Source: the human T2T-CHM13v2.0 reference genome, Homo sapiens
Direction: 5' to 3' (one strand)
Assembly: GCF_009914755.1 (NCBI RefSeq)
Contig: NC_060931.1
Length of the DNA stretch: 64,000 nt
Shown: positions 13,977 through 28,336 of the stretch, in pieces
Layout: the number at the start of each line of letters is the position of its first letter
How positions within the stretch are numbered: position 1 is the stretch's first letter
Program-made: the position numbers and the translations under genes
Notes under the pieces: model-generated
Databases searched by the model: none
Seen by the model: only the letters and a program-made list of their open reading frames with translations
What the model was told of the DNA's origin: nothing

Positions 13977-16900
13977 CTACCCAAAACAAACAGAAAACAG
14001 ACAAAATAAATAAACACATTTTAAATGGGTCTTAACTAAAAATGAAATTACTGGCTTATATTAGTAGTCATTTTTATTTATCTCTGATATTTAAGGGAAT
14101 ATCTGGGAACAATTTAATGGGAAAACATAAGCTACACACACCCCAAACCATAACTACAAAACTTTCATTTGCACACAAATTTTAAAGGTTAGAGTCTGGT
14201 ATTTTTAAAGCCAACTACTTTGGAAAACTGAATCTTCTAAAAATTCTTAATGTTAATCACACTTTTCGAAAGTTCTTTTATTTACAAGGATAACGAAAAT
14301 GAATAAAGTGCAATTAATGAAAACCAAAAATCATTAAAAGACAAATGTAAAAGAACGTAAAATTCAGAATATTTCTCTGGCGGGAATAAAAATAGTACAG
14401 AGTGTCAGATACACGGTTTTATGTTCTCAACTTAGCGTCTTCTGTTTGAGCATTTTTAAGCTTTCATATATCAAATCTTGCTTACCAGCTGCTAAATAAT
14501 TTTGACTGGAAGAATAATCATCAGTTTAGAATCATATTAAATTAAGCAGATATAAATATGAAGAAAAAATTCAGGACTAGGAAAAACGGTAAGAAGTACA
14601 CACTAGCACAGACAGTTGATAGGAGAAAATAGTAAAGCAGCAGATACGTGTGACATGAGGTTTATTTATAACTTAGCCCCACAAGAAGATGCAGTTAAAT
14701 ATCTGTGTTAGTGGAAATTAATTAGAAGGTCACAAAAATGTTTTTGAGTTAAATAATTTTAGAGTCAAGACTCAACAATACAGCAGTGTCAGAAATAGGT
14801 GTCAAAATCCTATCATTATTGGAAGAAATATTATTAGTTCAAACCTACTGCAATAATCTATTTTCTGGTTCATCTTTCTGATGTGAATGAATTCTGCAAA
14901 ATAAGTACTGTTGAAAAAAGTTTCCAAGGCTACAGATTACTGTGGAAGAGAATACTAATTTCCCCCCTAAGTTAATTTTCTCCTTTTTCCTTTAATATTA
15001 GATTCCCAAGTTTTAGCTGAGCACAAGTCCTCTGTAAATACAGATTTTGTTGGCTAACCTCCCTTGCAGTCAGGCATGGCCAAGTAACTAAGTTCTGGCC
15101 CCACAGGAGGCTGTGTCCCCTCGGGCTGGAGCCACAGGTAGCTCGTGGCAGATCCCCAGGCCAGAACCCCCGGACTTTAGAGGGAGATCACCTACTGCTA
15201 CTTCTAAGTCAGTTCTATTATTAGATACAGAAACCAAGTGCTCCTTAATTAATATAAACACTTCATCTCTGAAAAAGTGGTCACCTGTTCCTAGAGATTG
15301 ACTGCACCTTGTCAATTTTAAAACATATACTTTTTTTTCCCCAATTTTCTAACATCTCTGAAAACAGAATGAATCTTAAATCGATAATATATACCTTTTT
15401 GGGGGAGGTTGGCAGTAGTGAGAGTTGTCACTGCCCTAACCAATTTATTTCGCTTCCATTTTCTGTTTAGGTATACCTGTCAGTGACATGATAAAACTGT
15501 TTATCCTAAAATTCTCTAAGTATAAAATAAACACTGTCAAAACTTAGCGGCATTTAAAATCTTATTGGTTCATAAAATAATGATGTATCTTAAAATGGAT
15601 GATGTTTTCAATCCTATGAAATAAGGTTAAATCATTAAGTTTTCCTCTATGATGCAATATTCAAAATCCATCAGCACAAGTCAAAGGGACAAAGTATAAT
15701 AAAAATATAAGCGTTAAGTCAGATTGTCTTGAACTTAAACCTCAGCTCTGTTTATCCCTTGATTATTGAGACCTAAATATTGCATCTATCTGAACCTCAG
15801 TTTGCATGTTTACAAAATGGGCATTTTTGGAAACTAGGTGAGCTAATTTAATAATATAACAATTATATATTATCCTAGCTACACTGGGCACTTTCATACG
15901 TATTCTTTTATTTAATGTATTCGATAATTTCATGAAGAGGATACTACTCCTTCCATTCTACAAATAACACAACAGAGTGGACGAAGTGTCTTGTTGGAGG
16001 TCACACTGCTTGCTGAGCAGTTGGGTTGCAATTTAAACACAGTCTGATTTCAGGGCCTTCAGCCTTAACGTTATGTTCTCAGATAGCAAAGAAGAGTGTT
16101 GATGTAATTCCTTTCAATGTTCTGGAGGGCACAGTTATTTCAACTACTGTGCTAACTAGTACTCCACAGGAGTAACCCCTAGTAACCCACAACTTATCTC
16201 CTTGGTGCAGGACGAAGTGGGGGTTCGCAAATACCACAATATAAAGCAGACTCTGCCAGTCTCCTGCACTTTTGAAATCTAACTCATTTTTTCCAGATGA
16301 GACTGGTTAAAAACAGTTCCTGTTTCTTTAGAATAGATAGAATTTTCTTTAAATAATTTCATTTAAAATTCCCCACCTCTCCCTAAAATTTAAGCCTAAA
16401 ATATTCAAAGAAATTAAAGAAAAAATAATAAAACATTAAATCATAAGAAAACTTTTTAACAATTTGCCAGAGCACACACGTGGATGTCATATTTTAGGGA
16501 GTGGAGCTTAGTTTTCAATAGACCTCATTTAATGAAATTGAAAGCTTCTCAAGAGATCACCCAAACCCAGCAGCACCAGAAGCCATGAAGTTGTTGACTC
16601 AGAGATGACCCTAACTCAACATATTGGAAGAGGTGATATTTAAATGTATATTCACAGTTCACAAGGCATACCCTTTAAGTCATGATTTAAACATCAGTTA
16701 AGATTTTAAGTAAAACGTCTATATCACAATTTTCACAAATTCAAATCCAATTAAAATAGATACTTAAATCACCTTAGAGAGAGTTGCCTAAAGCCAACAG
16801 GAAAATAATCTAATTTATCATACTAGTACTTTATAAAATTTACCTTCAAAGTTGACTTTAATTGTTCTAACTACTAATTATTGGATAACAAAAGTAGGGT

Positions 16901-17028
16901 CTCTTCCACTAGACAATTAATTACTACATAAATATGGGAGGTAATTTGCCAATAAACTTATGAGACAAAGTATCATCTCTTTCAATATGTTTTCATTAAC
17001 TCTGTGACCTGAAGGGAAAACAGTTTAC

Positions 17029-17091
17029 CTTTAAAGCTCTCTGAACTGCAGTCTTCTTCAAGACATCGGGGTTAAATTCTAATGGGTTACT
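17029..17091 (-). CDS. ESYT2: ESYT2 alternative cassette exon 14 (63 nt) SNPLEFNPDVLKKTAVQRALK, long-isoform insert in C2B
   Basis: Phase 0/0, weak GAAAG acceptor and GTAAAC donor; matches the 21-aa long-isoform insert as I recall it. Confidence 0.93.
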
Positions 17092-18263
17092 CTTTCAAGT
17101 CAGAAGAAAACGAATATGCCAAGGGTTAATAAAACATGCAATGAAGTTTATGTAAGGTTAAAGACATGAAAATTTATGGGAATAAACAAACAAAAATCTT
17201 TAAACAAAACCACCAGAATTACACAAACAACCAAAATGCCACGTATAAAATTCTTTATGCCCAAGACTTCATCTTAGAATGAACCTTTAATCTATGCATA
17301 TCAAAAGACAGCTCCTTATCCCCTATGATTAATATTCTTTTACTACCCCCACCCTCTTGATCCCTTGTGATTTCACAAATACAAGAGTGGGGCTTTAGGA
17401 AAGGGTTCTATTTACTATTCTATGCTGAATAAACCCCTAAAATACCAATCATAATTAAAGGTTTTATTTGAAGCACAATGAATGGGCCACAGCCGCCCAA
17501 GTCCCTCTCAGGCCAGGTCAGGTCCTGGAACCGCCGCTGAGACGCACCTTCCCACCCAGCACCCAGCAGAGGAGCTGCTCCTCTCTGCTCCTCGTCCTTT
17601 TCCGGGGTAGGAGTCAGGCTGGCTGGATCCCCACAGAAGCTTCTTGGGCTCTAAATATAGTCCTATGATTATGGGTTTTATGTTTACTTTTATTGATTTT
17701 TTTCCAATTCATTAGTTTCTTGCCCTCAAAAAGGCAAGACTGAGTTGTTTTGCAAGCTCCTTCTAGGACTAGTATTCAAGATTAAAGAATTTATCATTTT
17801 AGTTGTAATTAACTTCAAACTTGTGACAAGCTGAACTAAATGTTTAATTTTTTTTTTTTTTTTTTTTGCTAAGCAAAAGATTTTATAATGAAGAAAGATG
17901 AGTAACTAGCCTCTCAATCTTCCATGACTGGCAGGCTGGGCCAGGAGAGAAGATGGAACATGCGGCCAGGCAGGAATTCACATGACCCTAAAGCTGCCGG
18001 TGGAGCTCTCAAAAGTCCCTAGATCCACTGCGTCCGTCTCTAGGTGGAGCCTGGACAAGGGCATCCTTCACACACTTCCCAGGGGCTCATATACAATGAG
18101 GATGAGAACTCTGCTGCCCGGAAGGACTGACATTCTTCGGATATCCTACAAACCCTTCCTGAAGCTCACTTTTGGATAGATATGGGCTGTACCAAAGACA
18201 CTTATTATTCTAACATGCATCAAGTAAAGTAAAACAAGGAGAGAGGCTGCGGTGTGTGGGTAG

Positions 18264-18758
<495 letters not shown>

Positions 18759-20061
18759 TTTTTTTTTTAAATGACAGCCAAAATAACTTGCACAAAGCTC
18801 CTAGCATCATTAGGCCTAAGGGCCTCCACAGTGGTGGCTATTATCCAGCTAGTACTGTTATGTTTAAGGCATTAGTGCAAATACCACTCATCTCAGATGA
18901 ATTCCACATACAGACTGATGAATCTATAAACTTAATAAAGTGACAATAAATTCACTTTGCACTAGGGTCGAGGGGACAAGAGGCGCCAAGCACCCCGACT
19001 CTGGGCCCACGCTGAGTTCCAATTCCAGCTCTCCCACGCACTGAAGCCGTGCCTGGGAATCTCTAGTCTGTGTCATCTGGGTTCTTGGTGTTGTCTTAAT
19101 TTCCTTATCTGTAAAGTGATAATGAGGGTCTGGAGATTAAACAAGTAGCAACCTGAGACCCCTGCCTGGCTCCTGGAAAGTGCTCAGTAAGTATGCTGTC
19201 ATATCAGGCTTAAGATGTCAAAGCTGGCCACCATGAGTCAGAGGAAGTCCTTCTTGTTCAAGCCTGAAATTAAAGCCCAGAATTTCATCAAAAGAAGGAG
19301 GGCAAAGTTCTAAGAATCCACATTATGAAGAGGTCGTTTCCAGCCTACGAAAAATTCCTATTGTCCTAAGTTTGCAGATGGGGATCGCTGGTGGCAATGC
19401 ACTCCTGGAGCTGGAATTCAAGGTGCTTTTGAGTGGGTAGGAAGTAAGAGAGCACTGGGTTGGCAGCCGTCAAAGCCTTCACCAGTGACAGCAAGGCTCT
19501 CAGCCCTCTGGGGAAAACTGAGAAGCACTGATCTGGCTTCACGTTGAAAACCAATGGGTGGGGGAAAAGTTCACATTTGTTTTACGGAACATCTTAGGTG
19601 ATGCATATGTTCTAATAAGGAAGTACAGTGTGCAACTTGGATAATGCTGCAGGAAAGCTGATTTTGGTAACGCTCCTGATACAAGGTCAGAGACACTTCC
19701 TTTCTGCAAAAGGAAGCAGTTGTAGAATGGGAAAAAGCAACTTGGAAAAGCTATTGGAGATAAACTAACAGTTTACACAGGGGAGCTATCTAGTCAGATT
19801 TACACTAGTCTATGATGAAATTTTCTGCAAGCAAAAAATTATTTTCTTAAAAGTAACAGGATATGCTGCTGTTACTTTTAAGCAGTAAAACAGGTACTGC
19901 TGACCTCACTTTGACTTTAAAAAGGCCTTAGACATATATGAGTAGACAGCCAGAGAGACTATGGTTACCACTTACTATCGCTGTGACTCTGAACAGCTCA
20001 CCTAACCCCTCAGGGTCTTGATTTTCCTCATCTGTAAGACAGGGCAAAATGCCTGTTCTTC

Positions 20062-20290
20062 CAATGAGATCACTTGGACACAGGGCGGGGAACATCACAT
20101 ACTAGGGGCCGTCAGGGGGTAGGGGGAGAGGGGAGCGATAGCATTAGGAGAAACACCTAAGGTAAATGACGAGTTGGTGTGTGCAGCAAACAACATGGCA
20201 CATGTATACCTATGTAACAAACCTGCACGTTGTGCACATGTACCCTATAACTTAAAAATATAATTTAAAATAATTAAGTAAATAAATAAA
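20062..20290 (+). mobile_element. 5'-truncated L1PA 3' end with target-site duplication
   Basis: L1 3' UTR (catggcacatgtatacctatgtaacaaacctgcacgttgtgcacatgtaccct), A-rich tail, TSD caaaatRcctgYtcttc at 20045 and 20291. Confidence 0.92.
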
Positions 20291-20861
20291 CAAAATACCT
20301 GCTCTTCAAGTTTTGCCCCCTACGCTCCCCCTACTTTAAAAAATAAGAATAAACTGAGAATGCATAGGGAAATCCTTTGGAAATAGAAATGAAAACTCTA
20401 CAAAAATGCAAAGCGCTATCACTGCTCTACTAAGGGACAACTGGGCCGTAAGAATCTCACTGTCAGTTGGATGAAGTCTGACTTTCTGGGCTAATGACTA
20501 AGACGCTGTGGCCCCCTGTGGCCCTGAAGCAGGTGAAAACGGCTCTCTACTGCAAGCACAGAGAACAGCACAGGTATCCAGTGCCAGACGGGCAACATAT
20601 GATGAGATGGGAACAAAGACACGCTCAATTATCCACTCCAGGAAGGTCTTTAAGTGTCTTAAAAGAAAGTGAATCACAAACTTAATATACTTTTCTTCTC
20701 CCTTAGGAGCTCTGGGTAAATCATGTAAGTGAAGGCAAATTTTTATTTAAAAAATGGGTGAATTTCTATCTTCACGTGACCATCCCCCAAATGACTGAGA
20801 GTTGATTACACAGCAGGGTTTTCAAAGAAGGCCCTAGTTCTGACTCTTGCGTGTTTGATCA

Positions 20862-21186
<325 letters not shown>

Positions 21187-21766
21187 GGAGGGGATAGATT
21201 TTAAAACAGTTTTGTGAAACTTTACAAAAAAATTTACATCTCACATTGAGATGAACCACAAGAAAATGAATTTTAATCATTATGGCTTCATTTCTCCTCA
21301 GGAGAGGTTTTTTTCAACGAGCCAGTAGCAGTTGAGGAATGGAGGACCACTTCTCTACTAGCCAGGGTTGTTCATCTCATGGTCAGATGCTCTCCAATGT
21401 TACAACAGTGTTACATTTCACAAAACAAGCACAAAATAAATACACAATAGTTAAAATCATGCAAGAAAATAAAAGCATGCAACATCAGTCCACCGCCAGC
21501 CAACTGCGTTAGAAGTTCCAGTCCACATTCTGGCAGTTTCCAAACAGACAAAGGAAGAAAGAACCCCGGAGGACTCACAAATAGTGCTCTATAGACTGAG
21601 GCGGTATTTTCACAAAACACTAGTCCCGACGCTCGCCTCTCTTTTAAGTAGCCACACCCAAAGTTTCCCTCGTAGATGCCCTTAGGGCAGTGGAGCCAGG
21701 GGAGAAAGCAGAGAATGGTGGATTGTGGTCAATGAGAGCACCAGGAGCACCACAGACAGTGAGAGG

Positions 21767-21900
21767 CAGAGCCAAAGGATCCCAGAGCTCGCGGGACGCC
21801 CCTTAATCCAGCGCCAAAGGATCCCAGAGCTCGCGGGACGCCCCTTAATCCAGAGCCAAAGGATCCTAGAGCCCGCGGGACGCCCCTTAATCCCGCGCCA
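21767..21900. repeat. CpG-rich minisatellite, 42-bp unit x~3.1
   Basis: gccaaaggatcc at 21771, 21813, 21855. Confidence 0.95.
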
Positions 21901-23735
21901 GGCACCCCGCGGCTCTGCAAAGATCCTTTGCTTCTGATGGCCACAGCACATTCCATGCACAAAGTGCCCTTTTAACAGAAGATCAATACAGTCTCTCTGG
22001 GTTTTTTTTTTTTTTGTTTTTTGTTTTTTTTGCTTATGTGACATTATTCAAATTTCAATTTAATGTGACAACACACACAGTTCTAAAGAGGCCTAACCTT
22101 TTGTAGTCAATTCACTGATACTATTCTCTCTACCCTAAAATAGAAAACAAATTCACTTCCATCAGGCATTATGGAAGCCTTTACAACAAACATTACCATG
22201 GCTAAAAGCAAACAATTCTACTGTATAGAAATTCTGTGGAAAGATTAAATACTTAATGAAATAACTTTTTCCAAATTGAAATTGTAACGGGTAAAGTCAC
22301 AGACTTTAGACTGGAAGACTGATCAAAGGCTAAGGTAAATACTTTAAGAGAAATGTAAGAATTCTTTTAAGAAGTTAAAATCGGTCAAGAAAGCTTCATT
22401 GAAATAAACAGTGCAATTATATACAATTACATACAACAAAGAGTACAATCACATCCTCCCAGTATGAAATATAAGTGATCAATCATATCTTAATTGTAGG
22501 TAACTTTAAATAAAATGCACGGGTGCACAAGTATTTACTTCATTTCTGTGCAAAGCTCAAGGAAATGCACAGTTCTCAGAACGTGGAAGGTGCTGGAGGA
22601 AGCCAAGGGCGTGCATATCGTGAACTATGAAGCGTAGTCTGACCACGGCAAGGCAAGACTACAGGGGATCGAGAGGCTGATAACTGAGGTCCAGGATGTG
22701 TGTCAAGAAGTGAGTTAAACGCTTCTTTGCCTTCTTGTCTATCTCCCTGGTAAACACTGACAAAGGGAGAAAAGACACAGGAAGACGATTTATGTACAAA
22801 TGCACTTGGGTGGATGAGTATTTACTGTGGAGGAGGAATTATGCAATGAACAACTTGGGGAGGAAAGAAACTTCTGCACCGCGTGGCAGCAGTCTTTCTT
22901 CCAACAAAAGCGGCTGTGGACACGATGAAATAAACACTGAGTGCCTAGTCAGCAAGTGTATGGGCACTCTAAAATCATCAAACAAGATGACATGACTAAG
23001 GACCACACCACTATCCTCACTAGCAGGGTTTAAGGTAGGATGACGGGAGAGCACACTATGCCTCACAAGATGGAATTAGTAAGATCTTCCTTTTCTGTGG
23101 TTACGGTTATTACCTATAAAACAACATTTTACATTTTTTCTCTACGAATGAACAATTCTGATACAAACAAAAATATATGCTTCTAGGCACAGAGTGTCTT
23201 GTATCTGGCAGTAGGTCATTCCGAGACATGGCTTCCTTTTGTTCTGCGAGAAACATCCCAGGCACCCGGAGGCCAGCTCGCTTGTGCAGCAGCACCATTC
23301 TGCCATCTGATGCCCCACGGATCGCCAAGGCCCAGCAGCTCACGCACGGCCCTGCGACAGCCATGAGGAATCTGCATTTTGTAATCAGAGCTGCTTCATT
23401 TTATTCCCATTCCAAAGAGAGACAATTTCCATCCTAAGGCAACTAAGTTTTAATGCTTAGTGATTTTCTAGAGAGTTAACCTCTTCTCCTAACCACTATT
23501 CATCTTCTTTTCCTATGTACTGCACAAATCCAGCTAAATGTGTAAATAGAAATGTATGCACTCCCAGAGCAAACACTAACTTCTCCCTCTCCACTGCCAC
23601 TCTCCTGCACTTGGACGTGAAGTGAAAACACAACAAGAGAACAGGTGATGCAGAGTGCTGCACAAAGCAGTGGTTATAAGCAAGAGCAGCTGCTAGGAAA
23701 TACGCACCCACAGGTGTTACCACTGTGTTACCTAC

Positions 23736-23831
23736 CGGAAGGTTCCTTGCTGAATCCAAGTACAAGATCAGCAATGCAGAGGAAAGACCATCGTTGGCTT
23801 GGTCTTTGTCAGCTTTGATGTCTGTTAGCAC
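23736..23831 (-). CDS. ESYT2: ESYT2 exon 13 (96 nt) VLTDIKADK...LYLDSARNLP, start of C2B
   Basis: Start of ORF 23496..23831; TTTAG acceptor, GTAGGT donor. Confidence 0.97.
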
Positions 23832-24307
23832 CTAAAAGGAAAGGAAAAAGCCCTTAGCAGCCATGTTTCCACAGGATTAGATACTATTTCTATCTGATTG
23901 TATCATGTTGATTACGCTAAAAATAAGAAAGGTGAGAAACCATCCAATCCATGCAATAGAGACAGAACTAAAACAATAAATGCCTTTTAAATAACAAGAC
24001 TACTATTCCATATATAAGTCAATTAAATGAAGCACTCAGGTGATTTCTGGCTCTACAAATCCCTGCACTTTAACAAGCTCAAAACTGAAGATCTGATAAA
24101 ACAGGTATGAAGGACCTATAAATTTCATTTTAAAAACTCCATTATCTTTAATTTATCCCTGATGCTACTGTAGTGACTTATTACACAATAATGAAAATTA
24201 CTGCTATAATTGTTAAAAAATCAAGTAGCAACACAACTGAGAGACCAAGCTCAGTTATGAGGAGTAGTTGGTTAGGTAGTTTTCAAGAGCACATGCTTCA
24301 ACAGCAC

Positions 24308-24397
24308 CTTGTCGAGGTTTGACGCATTTGGCATTAACGTGAGCCACTCCAGTCTCAAGTGTAGCTTCCCCTTGGGAACCTCGTCCAGAGTGAACCA
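24308..24397 (-). CDS. ESYT2: ESYT2 exon 12 (90 nt) WFTLDEVPKGKLHLRLEWLTLMPNASNLDK
   Basis: TTCAG acceptor, weak GTGCTG donor, phase 0/0. Confidence 0.96.
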
Positions 24398-25745
24398 CTG
24401 AAGAGAAAAAATGTTTACGTTCAGCAAAAGTTCTTCTGAATCAAAAATCCAAATTAAACCCAGTCTCTACAAATGTTCCATGCTGCTCACTAACCACGAG
24501 GCATCAACAGTTCTCAGTAACGCGAAGGCTGAGCCTCACCATATCCAGCTCTACGCTATGTGGATGCCAGTGACCTCACGTTTGGAGGCGATGGCAGCAA
24601 CAGGTGTGAGCGACCATTCTAAGTGCTTTACACACACCAACCCCGTGACCCCGACAGAAACCCTAAGCAAGTACTAGTATCATTCCCACTTTACACATAA
24701 GAATTCAAATGTTTTCTAGCACTACCTAGAGACAGTAAAGTCTTCTATGAATAGACTTCTTTTTTTTGAGATAGGGGTCTTGCTGTGTTGCCCAGGCTGG
24801 GCTCAAGCGATCCTCCTGCCTCAGCCTCCCCAGCAGCTGGGACCACAGGCGTAGGCAAGCATGCTCCACCAAATGGCCTTTAACGGAATGTACAGGGTAA
24901 GAGGTAATACAACATTGATTCCAAATACTGAATTTCAGTATCAAACGATTTAATCTGTTTGTTCTAATTCATCACTCTATACTAATAAAATAGTATACAG
25001 TTGTATCAGCTTAAAAGTCACAAAATAATTAATCAAAGATGCTCCTCAAATGCTAAATGATAGAAGCCATGGGCAGGACTGTCCATCCAGTGCCTGGCAC
25101 ACCCAGGAAAACGAGATGTCACAGCCAATGAATGCTGAACACTCAAGGGAAGGAAACGTGTGATTACGAAAGCAGCAGAATTCAACACTTTTGTTTAATT
25201 TTGCTTCATTTATCTAAATCTTACCCTTCTTTTAGAAGCCACCACAAATGTTTCCTTTTTGATACTTTTTATTCTGATAGCAATAAAATGGTGGAAGTCG
25301 AGTCTCCTTGCCATGAGTTCCCACTGTCTCTACAGGCATCTCTCACGTGAGATGCCTCACTGGCCGCACTGTGCCTTCTCCACCATTCCCTCCAAACACC
25401 TGAAAATCTCCATCACTAGGGGGCATCTCGCACAGCCCTGCCCTTACTCCTGCAGGGGATCGCATATTTGTCTGCAATAACGTCAGTTTATGCTTCATAT
25501 CCGTAAGGATTCCCAGCATATGGTAGGGACTCAACACGCACCTGAATGGACTCTTAAATTTATTTTTCATTTGCTATTTCTAAAAGGCCTAAATTCTTAG
25601 TATATGTTAAGTAAATGTTGTTCATGCCATACTAATTAGGATTCCGGCACTGTGTGATGGTGAAGGGGTGGTTCGTGGCTCCTCTGGCACAGGGCAGGGA
25701 CTCAGTCAACAATTGTAAACAGACCCACACTCCAGGGAAACTTAC

Positions 25746-25794
25746 TTCATCTAAAAGGCGCTCCTTTTCAACTTCAATGAGGTCAATCATAAGA
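25746..25794 (-). CDS. ESYT2: ESYT2 exon 11 (49 nt) LMIDLIEVEKERLLDE
   Basis: Inside ORF 25632..25838; ATAG acceptor, GTAAGT donor, phase 2/0. Confidence 0.96.
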
Positions 25795-27332
25795 CTATAA
25801 AAATAACAATACGACAACTTTAGAACATAGAAACACATTTCTTACTGAAACAACTTTAAAACATAGAAAACACATTTCTTCCTGAAACAACCTTAAGCAT
25901 TTGTCTATGAACAAGCACTCCAGAAATGCAACAAAACGCTAATAATTTATCAAGGAACAGACTATTTTTCCACAAGCTTCCTCCAGCTCACCCCCAGTGT
26001 CAGGAGAGTAAGGAAGAGTGAGGTGGAGTTTCTGTGAGCTCAGAATACTGAGTTTGGCCCAGCTGAGGTTAGAGCTGTAAAACAAAAACAAAAACAACTC
26101 ATCTTCCCTACAATGTTACATGCATCAAAAAATGTTTAAAAGCATCTCAACCCTCTTATTTTACACGTCCTCTCGGAACGTCTTATTTTATACGTTCACT
26201 CACAACTCCAGTAGGGTTGTGCGTTACTGTGGATTCCTCACTCGCACAGTGAACGCTAACCTCACGTTCCCCCACCCTTGCTCCCAGGCTCTAGACCCAT
26301 GCTGCATTGAGCCCGATGGACGCCCTCACTCGGTGCATCTGAGAGGAGGCCCATTCCCGTTCCCCTAAACCTCCCGTACTTCCAAGATTGGCACCACCCC
26401 CAGACGCCAGATACAACTAGATGGGATGATTATACTCCCACTTCTTCTTGTAGCCTCTTCTGCCCCCCACAATCTATGTCTACACCGCCTTCTCTCTGTC
26501 CTGGTCTATGACACACTCTCCTATTTGGTCTGCCAGTCTCTAAGCTCAGCCCCCGACAATCCAATCCACACAGTGATTTTCCTAGAATGAGCACCTGATC
26601 TATCCTGTCTGGCTTAAAATCTCTCAATTGTTCCTAGTTGTCCTGGGAAGTCTCATGAACTCTCAAGTCAGGCCACAACGTGCAAGGGCCATTCTTGATG
26701 AGGTATGAACCTCTCCAATGTATTCTATCCCTACATCTTTTTTGCCACAATTTAATTCAGTCAAATAACTTAATTAGGTTAAATTAATCAGAAATAATTG
26801 ATACTAACAAATGGTGGTCAAACAATAACCATTTTAAAAGTTTATTTTTAAAGCTATACTAGTTGTTCAATTGAAGTGAACAAACCAGTATTTATTTTCC
26901 CAATGTGAATTACTATATCCTGACAAAAATTAATCCAGCAACTCAAAAAACTTAAAAAACCCATTTTTGCAATCTGGAATAGAACTGTCCACTAGAACTC
27001 AATACGGCGGCAGGTTCTGCATGTAGCTTTAAGCCTTGTAAACAAAGAGAGTGCCACTCAGATAGTTTTTAATTTATTTAACTTTAATTAACTTAAGGCT
27101 AGTGCCTGCTGTAATAGACAGCACAGATCTAGAAGACTCACTTCTCTTAAATGTGAAACTTTTAGGAATAAAAATGTTTTAAGAAATCCAAGGTGAAACA
27201 ATTGTTATATCTAAGAACCATTTAATGAATAGACAACAAGTATACAAATGTATTTTAAAACATATTTTTGATTATTAAACAAAAAGACTGACCCCATGCC
27301 CTCCTCCAATAACCACAATGGGCTTTATTTAC

Positions 27333-27415
27333 CTTCCTAAAAAGTCATCCTTGTCTGGGTCTTCATCAAAGAGCTCAATCTCTAATTCTTGTCCAGGATG
27401 TTCATACACTAAAGC
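27333..27415 (-). CDS. ESYT2: ESYT2 exon 10 (83 nt) ALVYEHPGQELEIELFDEDPDKDDFLG(S), C2A Ca2+ loop
   Basis: DEDPDKDDFLG acidic loop; TTTAG acceptor, GTAAAT donor. Confidence 0.97.
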
Positions 27416-27478
27416 CTAAAACATCAATGGTTAGTAGTTAAGTGCATTTTTACTAATATAGTCATACACTGAGTATGA

Positions 27479-27913
<435 letters not shown>

Positions 27914-28201
27914 TGAAACACCTGCCACACAGTAACAGTCTACCGTGCTTGTTTCTAGGGATCCTGGATTGCGTCTCAATAGATCAAGTTCAATCACTCC
28001 AACAAGGTCATGATACGTCACCCACAAGCTTGGTGCAAGGCATGAGACAGACCAAAGATCCAGGACACATCCCTCTAGTCCTGAAGTGGCTCCACTCAGA
28101 TGCTATCTTGGAATAACCACGAGTTATCTGCTTAGCACCACTCAGGGTAAGAAACTGGCAAGAGACCAGACTCACAAAGGAGTGGGGGAGAGGAGTCGTA
28201 C

Positions 28202-28336
28202 GGTGAAGTATAAACCGTACGACTGTTCTGAAGGGTAATTCTACACATACGTCAGTCCTTTAAAAACTGGTGGAGTATAAATCACACGACTGTCCTGAAG
28301 GGTAATTCTACAAAGATATTTCAGTCCTTTAAAAAT
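28202..28336. repeat. Tandem duplication, about 67 bp x2
   Basis: ggtgRagtataaa...ctgaagggtaattctaca...tcagtcctttaaaaa twice. Confidence 0.9.

Noticed and set aside
16865-16880. CTAAC/ACTAAT QKI-like motifs downstream of the cassette exon
   Set aside because: They are on the + strand, antisense to the ESYT2 pre-mRNA
21682-22044. ORFs with 14-aa repeats on both strands
   Set aside because: A by-product of the 42-bp unit being a multiple of three
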